Origin: an uncultured Candidatus Saccharibacteria bacterium
Lineage (GTDB): Bacteria > Patescibacteriota > Minisyncoccia > Portnoybacterales > UBA2143
Length of the DNA: 47,480 bases
NCBI GenBank assembly: GCA_964420115.1
Contig: CAYQQO010000003.1
Location: 1 to 47,480 of the forward strand
Reading direction: 5' to 3'
In this document: positions 47,337-47,480 of the stretch, piece by piece
Layout: every line of letters begins with the position of its first letter
How positions within the stretch are numbered: the stretch's first letter is position 1
Notes under the pieces: generated by a model
Told to the model about the DNA's origin: nothing
The model's input: only the letters and a program-made list of their open reading frames with translations
Databases searched by the model: none
Position numbers and translations under genes: made by a program

Positions 47337-47480
47337 TATTCTTTAGCTAAAAATTTAAATATTTTAAAAAGCCCCGGCGGGCTGTTTTTTTCAATATTAG
47401 CCAACCTGCTGTTTTATGTCAAGACATTGTATCCGTCCATAACATATTGGACTTTTTAGGTGATATAAAATTATCAATAA

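Overview
Low-GC window with nearly all genes on the minus strand. Gene content (DUF4012 plus GT4 plus sugar-transferase cluster, cohesin-type surface proteins, pilin-like protein, secE-nusG-rplK not followed by rplA) suggests a CPR/Parcubacteria genome; this taxonomy is inference. It uses standard code 11. The housekeeping backbone comprises rpsP, rnc, nusB, rpmF, htrA, iscU/iscS, ftsEX, prfB, lepA, murJ, RNase HI, recJ, pgk, tpiA, galT, miaA/miaB, gatB, rplK, nusG, secE, three tRNAs and RNase P RNA. Main observations: (1) a five-gene, enzyme-free cohesin/dockerin cluster (1108-6460) with membrane anchors of both polarities, a shared post-TM LITGFLG motif, an adjacent PrsW protease and two more dockerins elsewhere; (2) a 73-nt Y-shaped tRNA-like element with a Gly-type acceptor end (UCCA) between tRNA-Gly and tRNA-Thr; (3) an apparently leaderless RF2 lacking domain 1; (4) tRNAs starting immediately after stop codons; (5) a complete IS481-like element whose transposase stop codon comes from the target duplication; (6) several decaying accessory genes and small ORFs missed by the ORF track. 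All calls come from reading the sequence; no searches were run.
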